A stretch of DNA of 63,805 bases, the filler included, from Asterionella formosa (Eukaryota), in assembly GCA_002256025.1 (NCBI GenBank). It is 6 parts of 6 records of this genome, joined end to end, with 100 filler letters (N's around TTAATTAATTAA, not from the genome) between each part and the next. Parts side by side here need not be neighbours in the genome. Positions count along the whole stretch, not along the records: positions 10,682 to 21,237 come from NKIB01009366.1; positions 21,338 to 31,888 come from NKIB01009367.1; 4 more parts are not named here. One strand, given 5' to 3'. Position 1 is the first letter of the stretch, and each line of letters begins with the position of its first letter. Positions 11,490 to 24,182 of the stretch are shown here, piece by piece. The position numbers and the translations under genes were made by a program. The notes below the pieces were generated by a model. That model made no database searches. It saw only the letters and a list, made by a program, of their open reading frames with translations, and was not told the DNA's origin.

Positions 11490-13145
11490 ATGATGCTCAT
11501 TTTATTGCCCGTCGTGCTAATGAAATCTAACATTATGTTGTCGTTGATGATGTTGCTGATGGCGGCGTCCATCTCACAATCATCGCCTGATGATCCCTCA
11601 CTCTTCTCATTCGACGAGCACTTTTTCAATGCAACCATTGACCACTTCAACTTTCTTCCCACAACAGAACCGACCTTTCCTCTCCGATATCTAGTCAACG
11701 ATCAATTTTGGCAAAGGGACGGTCCCTGTTTCTTCTACGCCGGAAACGAAGCCACCATATGGCAATTTGCAAACAATACTGGCTTTCTCCTGGACGCGGC
11801 CCGAGAATTTCACGCGCTTGTTGTCTTCGCCGAACATCGGTACTACGGCTCGAGTCAACCGTTCGGCAGTTCCAGAAATGCCCTCGGTGTGCCCTACAAT
11901 ATATCCTTTTTAACTGTAGAACAGGCCATGGCAGACTTTACGACTCTTGCTGTGCATATTAGAAACAAGTGGGACATGTCGCCACAGAACTGTGCCTTTA
12001 TTGCCTTTGGGGGGAGTTATGGAGCTAATTTGGCCATGTGGCTACGATTGAAGAATCCTAATATCTGGGCAGGAGCTATTGCATCCTCGGCAACGCCACT
12101 GAAACATGTACTACGGGAGACGAACGGATTTGCTCAAATTGAAACCGAGGTGTATGCCAACGTATCGGCACAGTGTCCCATTTTCGTCCGTGCTGGGTGG
12201 ACGGAGCTGTTCAAAGCTGCGTCAACAGCCACTGGCCGAACGTACCTGGCCAAGATACTTGGCCTGTGTCATCCCCCACCAAATGCTGATGCAGCTCAAG
12301 ACATTTATGGATGGGTAGCGTCAGCATTGGAAACCATGGTTCAATATGGATACCCATATCCAACTAGTTTCTACAATCCAGTGCCAGCATACCCATTTAG
12401 AGTAGCATGTGAACGGATGGTTTCTGATAATACTAGTACTACTGTTGGTCTTGGAGCATTGAGAGCAGCGGTGGATGTTTATTTTAACTATACTGGTCAA
12501 GCCGGATTCTGTTATGACTTTGATAGTTTGGTGGTACGAGAAGCTGCAGCGCACTGGCGTCGAAGTGGTCACTATGATCGTTTGTACAACCAAAGGAAAC
12601 GAATTCAACAACGACAAACTCATTATTATCAACAATATGCGGCAAGCGGCACGATGAACAACGATGACAACGACGATACAGACAAGGCATGGAACTATCA
12701 AACCTGTACAGAGGTGTATCAGCCCATGCCAACAGACGGAGTGACGGATTTTCTGTTGCCTTACACTCCAAACCAGGATGCCTACTACAACGATTGTCGA
12801 GAACAGTTTGGTGTTGAGCCTAGACCGAGTTGGGAAGAAATACAATTTATGGGTGCAAACATTGGTGCTGGATCAAACATTTTCCTTACCAACGGACAGT
12901 TAGATCCATGGCGAGCTGCAGGGATTCAAACAAAACCAAGGGGCGCACCGGAATCCATTGTCGTTCGTATGATTGAAAATGGTGCTCATCATCTTGATTT
13001 ACGAGCATCACATGAAGATGATCCCCCTTCTGTTGTGGCTGTTCGAAAGGAACAAAGAGCTTCAATTAAAGAATGGATTCGCCAATGGAGAGAAACTTGT
13101 CACGGGGAATTGGACACCCAACTTGTACAAACGGAAAGAAAATGA
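11490..13145 (+). CDS. PRCP: Serine carboxypeptidase S28 family (lysosomal Pro-X carboxypeptidase/DPP7-like), secreted; true start may be a downstream Met
   Basis: FFYAGNE, EHRYYG, GGSYG catalytic Ser, YQTCTE, NGQLDPW, AHHLDL; hydrophobic signal peptide. Confidence 0.93.
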   Translation: MMLILLPVVLMKSNIMLSLMMLLMAASISQSSPDDPSLFSFDEHFFNATIDHFNFLPTTEPTFPLRYLVNDQFWQRDGPCFFYAGNEATIWQFANNTGFLLDAAREFHALVVFAEHRYYGSSQPFGSSRNALGVPYNISFLTVEQAMADFTTLAVHIRNKWDMSPQNCAFIAFGGSYGANLAMWLRLKNPNIWAGAIASSATPLKHVLRETNGFAQIETEVYANVSAQCPIFVRAGWTELFKAASTATGRTYLAKILGLCHPPPNADAAQDIYGWVASALETMVQYGYPYPTSFYNPVPAYPFRVACERMVSDNTSTTVGLGALRAAVDVYFNYTGQAGFCYDFDSLVVREAAAHWRRSGHYDRLYNQRKRIQQRQTHYYQQYAASGTMNNDDNDDTDKAWNYQTCTEVYQPMPTDGVTDFLLPYTPNQDAYYNDCREQFGVEPRPSWEEIQFMGANIGAGSNIFLTNGQLDPWRAAGIQTKPRGAPESIVVRMIENGAHHLDLRASHEDDPPSVVAVRKEQRASIKEWIRQWRETCHGELDTQLVQTERK

Positions 13146-13239
13146 GTTGCATCTATCATCATGCAGCATCTCTTTGATGCTACAACTAGAAAACGAACTC
13201 TGTCGTCCAGCCAAATACTGGGTATAGCATACCCATTAT

Positions 13240-13475
13240 ATCAGAGTGATTCTTGCTGTGATGCTGAACCATTTATTTGAGTATGCAATACAATGGTTAC
13301 TTAGGCTCCCTAAAGAATGCCTTTTAAGGGGAATGTGAGGATTACTGTCTGTGGTTTCTTAAACCATTATACTAAAATACAGCACTAGCAGGTAAAATCA
13401 GAGTAATTCTTGCTATGATGCTGATTCGTTTGAGTATGCAATGCAATGGTTACTTAGGCTCCCTAGAGAATGCAT
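13240..13475 (+). repeat. Local direct duplication (~80-bp unit, ~157-bp spacing)
   Basis: atcagagt(g/a)attcttgct(g/a)tgatgctga...tttgagtatgcaat(a/g)caatggttacttaggctcccta(a/g)agaatgc occurs twice. Confidence 0.8.
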
Positions 13476-13871
13476 TCAAGGTGAAGTACTGTCGGTTTAT
13501 TAAAGTTTCCAAATACTATAATGGCGGCATACTGTTTTGTGATGCACAGTACCTGGTACCCCTGATACAATAATTTGGGAGGAGACGGGTGCTATCTGCA
13601 GCAAGGAGTGAGGATGGGGGCGACACTGACGCTGTCGAAATTCGCGCTCCGAATAAACAATAAAAGAAATCAAACTTACCGGTACCACCGGTAGTCATCA
13701 ATTATGACTGTGATGTTCTTGCAGTTCTGGCTTTTACAACAAGCAAACACACTTCCAGCAAAGAACAAAGACGCAAAATTTTGTGCAGCACAACCGAAAC
13801 AAAATTGGGCAATGGGAATGTGTCATGTTTGTTCTCTAATAGTAGGAGTTCCTACCACAAGGCAACGCTTT

Positions 13872-14308
13872 ATGGCGGTCGTCCCCATTGCTCGTCCAAT
13901 TTTCAAATACGTTCTAATGAATACGCACCGGGCATTATCATCGTCGGTTTCTACTACTGTTACTACTCCATTAACATGTTCGTATCGTTTGGCCCATATG
14001 AATTATGGGCGATTACGAGCTCCGTTGGACGATGACACCATGAGAGAATTCCGAATGGCAATCGGACCCATCAATACTTTGGCTCAAGGTACACCTGGAT
14101 TTTATTGGAGTTTTGACAACGACATCCCATCTGAACGTGATGATGTGGAATTGTTGAGGACGGATCCATTGATTATGCCTCAACTTAGTGTTTGGAACAA
14201 TCTCGAGTCGTTAAAGCATTTTGCATTCCGAAGTGGCCATTTCATGTATTACAAGCGAAAAAAGGAATGGTTTTGCGAGATAGAAGGTCCGTATGCTGTA
14301 TGCTGGTG

Positions 14309-14341
<33 letters not shown>

Positions 14342-14477
14342 AGAAGGAATGATAATGCCCACCTTGAAAGAAGCCTTTGATCGATTGAAGTACCTGAAAG
14401 ATCATGGCCCATCTGAAATTGCTTTTGATTTTGCTACCGCCAAGAACTATCCTGCCCCATTATCATCATTATCTTGA
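13872..14477 (+). CDS. DUF3291 family protein with polyQ insert and possible mitochondrial presequence
   Basis: LAHMNYGRLRAPLDD..M.EF...IN.LA..TPGF.W, LSVW..LESL..F.F...H....KR..EWF, WW...PTL.EA..RL.YL..HGP...AF.F match the DUF3291 pattern. Start chosen at MAVVP (ORF opens at 13704). Confidence 0.8.
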
Positions 14478-15202
14478 TGGAGGAGGATGATAAAGTTGCT
14501 GTGCTGTTTTGATTTCGATTGATCTGAGGTAAATATTGTTCTACTCTGGGGTTGACTCAAGTTATTGTTTGAGTGCAGTGTAACAGCTATACATGTATAA
14601 TGAGAATTTGCTATCATTGCTGCTTCTGTGTCAGCATGATTGCCCCCCTCCCTGTAAATTGACACTACATAAAATATGTTGAATGAATGATGTGCAGACT
14701 ACATATTAGCTATCATGTACTGGTGTATGTTGTAGGTTTTAAAATTATAATACATGAATCTTTAATTTGGAAATAGAATCTATTCTGAGGTCCTTGGTGC
14801 TGTTCCCAATGGTTGAGAGGGCAGGTCTTCACAGAGATACAAAAAAATTTGTATCTCCAACATCAGGGTGGTACATTATTTGTGGCTCTGAAATGTGTAT
14901 TTTATAAATTTAATTTATATCGTGTTATTAAATTAATCAACAACGATACCATTTTTATTTCTAATGGCAGGAGGGACCAACAGCAGTTGTCATTGTTGGA
15001 ACTCGTTTTATTACCAACAAAAACTGGTCACATGGTGGAAGAATGGAGAGTATCTGCTCACGACACTGCCAAGCGCATTTTGCTCCAACAATGTACACGG
15101 GAAGCTGCCGGCATGGTTGGAGAGAACAAGTCTACCTACCGGTATGTCGATCATTATATTCTCTTAACAATAAGAATTATTTTATCTTTACATTCTTGAC
15201 AT

Positions 15203-15310
15203 TGCGAAGTTCGCGTACTTCTTGAAAAGTACACGCGACTTTTATTTCGTCAAAGCGAGTTTGAGCTCTGATGAAGCATCAAACATCCAGGGGCAATATG
15301 AACATCGGCT
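15203..15310 (+). repeat. Dispersed repeat shared with 27662..27770
   Basis: tgcgaagttcgcgtacttcttgaaaa.tac.cgcgact...tttcgtc.aa.cgagttt.agctc.gat..gcat.aaacatcca.gggcaata is present in both. Confidence 0.8.
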
Positions 15311-16122
15311 CCAAAACAAGGCAAGATACTGAGAGAGTTCGAACGAAAAGACCGCAAAAGAAGGAGAAACCCCGGAAATGCGAGTTTTTGTACGTGACTT
15401 TTCGTATGTGAGATCATTTATGCGCGCCACTAAAATGATCAATTTTTATGAATATATATGAATATAATAAAAATACAACTGCAGCTCTATTTAGTTTCCC
15501 ACCATTCTATTTAAGAATTATTTACTGGTATTAGAATTTAGCATCCGTTTTCTCTCCTCATTGCAGCTATGTACAGTAAGTATTGACTTCGTCTTACCGT
15601 ATGTTGATGGATACCGGTACTACCAGGTACCTGGTACCAGGTACTGGTACCCTTCTCGGTATATCCATCCACCAGCATTTCGATGACCACTGGCCGATCT
15701 CATGGGGGGTTTGATCAGAATCACAGGAACTCAACGGCCTGCGCTCCCGAGTCGAACTACCGGTACCTCGTTTTGTCGAGGCTTCGGTAGTTTATATAGG
15801 TATACGTATCCTTATGTACTATTCCGGGACAACAAAATTCCAACGCTCGACTGGGGAAATCGTTCGACCAGTCGAGGGGTGTACTATCCAGTTTTATGTG
15901 TTTACCCGCCAGTGCAGGTAGTTCATCCCCCATTATATTAGTGCATAATAAAACATTCAAACGTTTTTCGGGGTATATACTTATCTCCTATTATGTATAG
16001 CAATATAAACGATGGCCCCTTCCTGAGAGCCCCAAACTCTTTCCTAACCCCCAACAGACAAAAATAACAAGTGTATCTAGATTCCTTCTCTTTCCCCGTG
16101 GTCGAGAATACGAACAACGTCA

Positions 16123-19100
16123 ATGGAGGTCGTCCCATTGCGGCGACGTCTGCGACGACGCTCAGCTTCTCCACCGCTCAATTTCAATGCGGAACAAGCG
16201 CCAAGCAAAAGCGAGAGCAAGACTTGTCTCCGCCTTCCTCTAATGTTCGTTTCCGCCAAGAAATCTCCTCGACGGAAGCGTGGAGAAGAGCAGCGATCCT
16301 TATTGGAAGTCAGTGTAACTAGTAGTGGGCAGATCAGCAGTCAAGAAGATGACGACGACGAAGACACGAGTACTGAAACAGAGCCGCTGAAACTCGTCTC
16401 CCCAGCATCAGCGTCGACGCCAGCAACAGCATCGGCGACGCCAGAATCTTTGCTGACAATGCCAACTCCACAAGATCGCTCGCACAAGAAACGATTGGAA
16501 TTGGAACGGTCGGGGAAGCAGTTGCCGACGTATCAAGGAGAATTAGAACCTATGGGGTTTAGGGGACAAGAAGCTTCCATAACAGCACGACCTCAACCAC
16601 CGCAGCATGTGCGTCTAAATTTGTCCTCTGGTGCAATTCAAGCCCCGATGATGCGACAAGAATTTCAAAGGCATAGTAGCAATAGTGCTACCGTAGCTCC
16701 CATTCGTATTGTGGCAGAGGATTCCATGGTACGATCTATTTCACCAATGTCGAGAGAAACCTATTATTCAGGAGGAGAAATGCCAGATCGAACCAAAATT
16801 CGACGAAATCCTAGATCACAATATGAAGGAGAAATGGTACCACCATCATTGTGTTCAGAGTCAAGTCCACCACCATCACGCAGGGGTCCACGACAACAAC
16901 AAGAAGAACAACAACAATCTAGTATTACATCAGTTTCATCATCGCAAAGATCCGATCCGATTGGAGCGAAAATTCGACTCCCCTCCGTGAGTCCCAGTCA
17001 ACGAATACGAAGGAGGCCCATTGAGGAACCGCCCGCTGTCAGTGCTCAGAGTCTATCCATCCAAGAAACAACAATACCGCTACAACGAGGGCGAGCCCCA
17101 ACACGAATTGACGAAATTGAAGCCTCTCGACAACGACTATTAAATCAAGCGGCCTATATAACCAAAGATCCCCGGAAAATTCGTCTCTATCAAAGCAGAT
17201 CACCATCCAAGGATAAATGTTTGAATCCATTGGTACCTTCACCTCGTGATGTGGAGTCCACGTCAACAAAATCAGATGATATACTTCAATCAATTATGCC
17301 ACAACTCCTTAAGGAAGTCGACGGAAGTGAATGGGAAAAAAGTGATGCAAAATCCGTTTGCACCAAATCTAGTGTATCTACTCTCAATTTGGAGGCTATG
17401 AGCATGTCAGCAAAGCATCATGTCGAAACTGGAGAATACGAATTGGCCCTCTCCTTGTTTAGTCAAGTTTTATCATTGTACATAAAGAAGTATGGTCTGA
17501 TACACCCCTTGGTTGCTAGTTCCTATCACAATTTGGGCATGGTGCATTCCCAGTTGGCGGGTCAACTCCAGGGGCTTCAACAACAACAGGAGAGGCAACA
17601 TTCACTAGAATATTTCCAGGCAGCAGCGAGGACAGCACGAGATTCCTTGGGAAAGAATCATCCCAACGTTGCAGTTAGTTTGGTGCGAATTGGGTTCTTA
17701 TTGCTCCAGGCACAGCAATATAAGAATGCTCTGGTGACATTTACAGAGGCCTTGAGGATTAGAGTGGAACATTTTGGCCAGCAACCACATGGATTGGTGG
17801 CAAACCTGTACAACAATTTGGGAATTTGTCATTTGCATTTAAAGCGCTTTGCTGAAAGTCAAAAATATTTGGACCGAGCACTGGAAATGCAGCGATTCGT
17901 GCTCAAAGCCGAACGCATTAATTGTTCAAGAGAGGAATTGAGGACAAGACTATTAGAAGTTGCTGATACACTGTGTAATTTGGGTGGGCTATATTTGGAA
18001 AAAATGAGTCTCCATCCAGGATTTCCTAAGCATGGAAATGATGCTGAACATGCATTTGCCGAAGCACTTGAGATTCGATCCACTGTCTTGGGACCAACTC
18101 ATCTACTTGTGCTACAAATTCAGCAACTATTGGACAGAGTTCGATCTGCTACACCTGCACCAGAAATTTCTTTGACTGGATTGCCTATTTCCAAGTCAAG
18201 CCAATCCATGAAGAAATTCCCACCCATCCCAGAGATAGCACAATTTGACATGAAAGCACAGACTAACTTGTCACCCATTTCTAGTCCGTCTCCACAGTTG
18301 ATTCAAAGCGCTCGAAGCAGATCATTAGTAGCACCAATACCTGAATTGGAGACTTGCAGGACAACACCCTCCAATCAAGCCATTAATGACCCAAATTTGT
18401 CTGAAATTTCGCCCTTGACTGCACCTGCAATGTCCCCTGATGTCATAGTTCCAGATTCACAACATTCGCCACTTGCCAGTCGTGCATTGATATTTAGTCC
18501 TTGTGATCCACCATCACCTCGACATCCTTTCCGTGGATATGGAGGAAACGCTGACCGAAGCAAGCCTAGGGATGCTCCTGTAGAAGCAAGAGCTAGATAT
18601 ATTTCCGGTGCTGTTTCACCTCCTGGTCTTGTACTTCAAACCTCTTGGGAAAGTGTGGAAGAAAACCCTTCTCGCACATGGGGACAGAAAGTAGATATAA
18701 TTTCCAGTGAGGGGTCATCAAAGCAACAAAACTCAAAACGTACAATGGGTTCCTTGACTGCTTTTCTTGAGGAAGCACCTCCGCTGAAAGAAATTGTCTT
18801 TGATAGCACTGCAAATGTAAATGATGTTTGCCAAGGTTCTCATGAACGGAATAGAACAAGAATTTGGGTGTCACCTCACTGTATTCCAGCTCAATCACCA
18901 CCTAGGAAGCCTATCCAACTTGATGACACAAGTCTCAATAATGGCCCTCTGGAAGCTGTTGATAGTAGTGGCTCAGTTACATCTTTGGTTGGGCAAGAAT
19001 TGTTTGCTGAAGAAAGCTGCTTGCTGAGTGAATCAGGTGTGATAAGTAATCATGCCATTGCTCGCATCATCAATGCCAGTAGCGAAATTGGTGTTGACGA

Positions 19101-20543
19101 GATGAAAGCGTCATTTGCAAACCACGAGATCATGGTTGTGCGACCATTTGGACCAAGTGAAACTGTGAAATTGACAAAGGAAACCCTAGAGCAACCTCTG
19201 TTAGCCATCACAGCATCCTGGGGTCAATCTATTCCCCCTGATACCTCTCCTGAAAGGGTTGCTGCCGCAACCATGGACTACTATGATTCTCCATCTCTTA
19301 AATTGAAGCCAAATGAGGCTGCCTACTCTGGAGCTAAAGAGGCATTGTTTAATGAAAACAACGATGGAATTGCTAAACTATTTGTGCGTCATCAATCAGT
19401 GAAGATTGACCCAAAAATAACTCTCACAAAATCCATGCTGGATGAGCCTGAAGTCCACCTCTTTGAGATTCACGCCATTGCTTCAAAGTACATGCGAAAG
19501 AACCGACTTCCAGAAGCCTTGCACTTGTTTCTTTTAATTCTGAAGGTTCAGCGTAAAATCAATGGTGAGCTTCACGAGGACGTTGGTGCAGCGATTCATA
19601 ATGTTGGTTTAGCACAACTTCGCATGGATCGTCACAAACTAGCTCATGATTCGTTTGCCAGAGCGGTTCGAATCCGAAAGGGTGCTCTTGGGATAGATCA
19701 CCCTGATGTTGCATCATCTCAAGTAAAGGTCGGTATTTCGCTCCTATTACTGCATGAATTTGATCAAGCATTGCATGCATTTCGTGATGCCTTGTCAACA
19801 CGTAAGAGAGCGCTCGGTGCTCTACATCCTTCGCTTGCTCGAGTGTACAACAACATTGGATGTGTTCATGTCGAGTTTAATGAGCTCCGTGATGCCCGTC
19901 GTGCCTTTGAGGCGGCATTAGATATTCAGCGTAATGCTCTTTGCCATGAGCCTACCAGTGGACCTCTCATGTTTGGAGCAGCAACTACATTGTGTAATTT
20001 GGGTTATTTATATCGATATCGAGAAATGCCCGAAAAGGCAGCATTGGTTCTTTACGAGGCTCTCTGTGTAAGTTTAATGTGTTTGGTCAAAAGAAATTGC
20101 GTTGTTTTTCTCATGTTGTCCTTTGCCATATCCTGGTATCGTAGCTCCACGAAGGTGTGTTGGGACTCAGTCATCCGACAGTTCTGTCCACAATTGATAG
20201 CCTCGCTGAGTCGTTGTCGTTGAGCTCAAAGTACGCCGAAGCCTTGAAATGTTACAATGATATTCTCAAACGCTGGGATACGGTTGATCAGGGGACCAAG
20301 GGAGTGACAAATCGGAATCGAGCTGAAGCTGTCGTCTTGTATAAAATGAGCAAAGTGCATTGCATGCAAAATGACAATCAGGCGACAATGAAGAGCCTGC
20401 AATCTGCATTGCGAGCCGTTCGAGCAATGCGATGTGATGATTCAAAAGATAGGGAGCGAAAGGAACAGCTAGAACGCCAAATTATTCTGGACATGACTAA
20501 GGTTAGGGAAGAGTTGGAACTAAAGACGGTTGAATGGATCTAA
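16123..20543 (+). CDS. Large TPR-repeat protein (kinesin-light-chain-like TPR_12 clusters), 2 exons, ~1447 aa
   Basis: HPLVASSYHNLG, HPNVAVSL, HPDVASS, HPSLARVYNNIG repeats. A 77-bp GTAAGT...TAG intron at 20068-20144 joins the first ORF in frame to the 20157..20543 ORF. Confidence 0.88.
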
Positions 20544-22402
20544 ACGCAGAGATAGATTATCCAATATTGAGATCTTTTATGTATAGCAACGAATCCCCCA
20601 AAGAGATAATGGAGATTGTAAAGGATAACAAAAATCTTCGGGTGGTGAACTTCACCAAGAAAAATGCCATCATTTCCGAATAATATCAGGAAGAATAACT
20701 TGAGATTAATCGACGATGAAAATATAATAAGATTAGGCTCACTCCTTTTGTAGTTTAATTGTTGTTCTAAAAATTTTACTACCTAAGCACTACCAGTCGG
20801 AGCAATGCAACTTAGATTGAGATATAGACTATATTATTATTAGTCATCATATGTATTAGTTTGGAAGTTGTAGCAATAGTAAGCATCATGCAATTACGGC
20901 TTGTCCAACTTCGCGGTGACAAAATGAGTGTTTCATTCATTTCTCACGCAAAAACTACATTATTCATTCGTGCATCATACACTCATCTCCATGCAACCCT
21001 GCATCGTCACCTCTGCAGTTGCAGGCTGTCATTAATGCCTCTTTTCATGGTCCAACATGACCCATCGTTCTTAGTCAAGTGCTACAGTATTTTCGTAGCC
21101 TTTGGAGGCACTTGCCTTTGCAGCAAGAACTGCAAACTGAGCAGTGCCTGTGTTCTTGCAGAGCTCATAAAATATTGAATCTGGCTTCGCTAACAGCACA
21201 TCAGGTCGATCAAACTCAGCCACGACTCCTGCATTCANNNNNNNNNNNNNNNNNNNNNNNNNNNNNNNNNNNNNNNNNNNNTTAATTAATTAANNNNNNN
21301 NNNNNNNNNNNNNNNNNNNNNNNNNNNNNNNNNNNNNCGTACGAGGTACTAAAAACAACCATGCATGGTTTAAGCTATGCTTTAACGCTTACTTTGAACA
21401 CGTTATAATATTATCTCTGTAGACTCGGTATTATCTTTACGAGACCTGAAATGATGAATTATATCGTTCACATATTCATTGATTTTAGGTACCGTATGCC
21501 CGATTTCGTCCTCACAAACATGGTTCTCACTCTATCTTGCCTGCCTTTGCTCTATTCGGGCTTGCAATAGGCTACGTTCGTCTTTCTTTTATTCCATCAT
21601 CTGCTGCTTGTTTTGCTTGTTGAAGATGATTGGTGAGTACAACAGTGAAATACTGAATGTGGATTGTAGAGCGTATTTATCAACTTTCCGATTTGATTGC
21701 TTCCATGGCTTGTTTTGATCGTTTCCATTGTTGTTTGTCGTTCCGCATTGTCGTTTTGTTTCGATTGTATATATCTACACAACAAGAACCAATGCTTTTA
21801 TTGTTGACTACTCTTTGACGATGTATTGTTATTGATTGTATTTGTTAATATGCATAGTTGTTGACCATGATGTCAACAATATTGCCCCCAAGCAATGCTT
21901 TTCTTTCTACTACGAGTTTGTATCACAAGCTACGTATATTCAGCTAGAGAGAGTCGATAGTTCTGGGCAGCGTGACGATCACGCTTGCTCAGAATGGAAT
22001 GATCAGGGTTGCTTGTTTGGTGGGCGGCGGAGAGGAATGACTGTGGCGGAAATACTGCTCCTAGTGTCAGGCTACTACACATGGTTGCAGAAACCAGACC
22101 ATTGACGCTAAATAACAATGCAGGTCTACATTGGGTTGAGCTTTTTTTCTTCTTTTTTCGGTCTTCGATTGTGTGGTGATGGAAAGTCAATGTTGCCTGG
22201 TGTGTAAGAACTACAATGATTCACAATGCATAGTATGTTTCCATTGGAACTCTTATTTTTTATTTCATTTCTAACCCAAAACAATTTTTTCTATTTCTCA
22301 TTTGACGCTATTTATCACATCGCATTTCATACTTTGGTTGCTCCAAACATCATGTTCAATTTTCATTGATGTTGCATGTTACAATCATTCTCATGTGTTT
22401 TT

Positions 22403-22593
22403 CGCTTGTTGTACCATCTCCATGCATATTACCGTTATTCTGGTTGTCATGCTAAAATCGGCAATTTTATTGCCAAAAAATTCGATGTGCCCCATATTGC
22501 CCTTAAATAAAAATTACTTAAGAAATTAATTAGAGCCTAAAGATTACTTAGAAGTACCCGAATGGCAAGACGATAGCTGGAGCGGGAATTGCC
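22403..22593 (-). mobile_element. DNA transposon terminus (GGCAATTCCC...), copy 1
   Basis: ~190-bp reverse-complement match to 31694..31888; homology ends sharply at GGGAATTGCC. Confidence 0.7.
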
Positions 22594-23359
22594 CGTGGGT
22601 CTCTTGACTGGTACCAGTATTCTCCTCAATGTTATCAAAAGTCCATCCTCTCCCAAGTTCCTGAATGCTCCTAAAATCATAAGTTCAAGGGGTGATGATG
22701 CCCTTCATGTTGCATCAGGTCGAGTCCAGCGAGGAAACCAATTTGAATCTCTAGCATCAACAACAAATTGGAGGAACTGGTTGTGTGGTAGTCGAAATCT
22801 GTGGCAGAATTTCTTTTGAAATGACAATGATTCAACTACTGGTCTGGAAATTTTGGTCTGGAAATTTATAGTATATACCAGTTTGACATCACAGGAGTTA
22901 TCATTTGAATTAGCCCTTCGTCATTGATGTATTCACATAACTCTTGGGGGTAGAGGCACATTGTTAAGACCTTGTATTTCTGGAGTGGGCATGAGTAGAG
23001 TTCTTCCGAAATCAGACAAAAACTGAAGATACTGGAAGTATTTCTCTGGTTATACCTCACCATTAGTAGCATCTAGACATTGTACAATATTATGTGGGCG
23101 ATGGTCACATGAATCCCTGTGTGCCATGTTGGTGAAATGAGGGTTAGATGACATGTTGATTGTGGTGAAATCCAAGATGATTTGTTGTTGTTGTTTTTGT
23201 TCTTGACAGTGTGGTCCCCTAGTAGTACCTGGTACCAGAGTACCATATAGCTATTGTTGTATCTATGTATGATATACTGGTAAATGATGTGTCCTATATG
23301 TACTGATTCTATGATGATAATAATTGGGTTTCTAGTGACTACATTCAAAGTAGTCAATA

Positions 23360-23562
23360 TGGAATCCTATGTTTAGGTAACTTTGGGAGAAAAAAAACCT
23401 AAACATAATGCGTTTGGGTAACTTATTGGGATATGGGCACGGAATCCCCTAAACATAATGCGTTTGCGCTGGTTTTTCACTCCCTATAGCATCGTTTTTT
23501 AGGGTTACCAAAACCAACGCACTGTTTGGTTTGCGTTTTGGTCCACCATTAGCCCCAACGGC
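23360..23562. mobile_element. MITE-like end with ...AACGGCC terminus, related to 53340..53450
   Basis: Shared atagcatcgtttttt...accaaaaccaa...gttttggt...caacggcc followed by T-rich flank; internal cctaaacataatgcgtttg duplicated. Confidence 0.55.
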
Positions 23563-24182
23563 CTTTATCCCAGATTGAATGTTAGTTTAAGCAAAATGAC
23601 CGCAACTTGCAGGTACCAGGTACCAGGTACCTGATACCAGTGGATACTACTATACACAGAATTCCCACCATGTATTTTAATACGGACTGGGAGAAAAACC
23701 AACATATCTTTTATCGGTGGTATTTATTAAAGTCAACAAGATGGTATACAGGGTAGCAACTGCAGCATGTGTATAAAATGGCTTGTTGCTATCATCAAAA
23801 ATCATTGTACAGGTACCTGGTACGCACCACCGTGATGGTATACATACATAAGTGCAAATTGATTCAGTGTAGCCTGGATGGATGTATTCTTGAGTGCACG
23901 ACATCATTCTTTGACTTTCTCCTAAATACCGGTATGCACATGATAGCACAAGTTACATGATAAATATCCGGTATGAATATATGTACATTAATATTTGCAT
24001 CTGTATACAGCCTATATGTTTACACTTCAAAAGTATGTCCGTATTATTGTTAGTTGCCGGCCTCGTCCTCATACATGTGCCTCCATTTTGGCATTGTCGT
24101 GTTTCAACCTCACGTCTCACCCCTCGGAGCCAGGCTCTGTGCCCCTCAACTCCAGCTCTGCCCAATTGTAAACGACCCTCGC

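Noticed and set aside
20157..20543. Separate small genes at 20157..20543 and 38465..38920
   Set aside because: Each is the second exon of the upstream gene via a canonical GT-AG intron.
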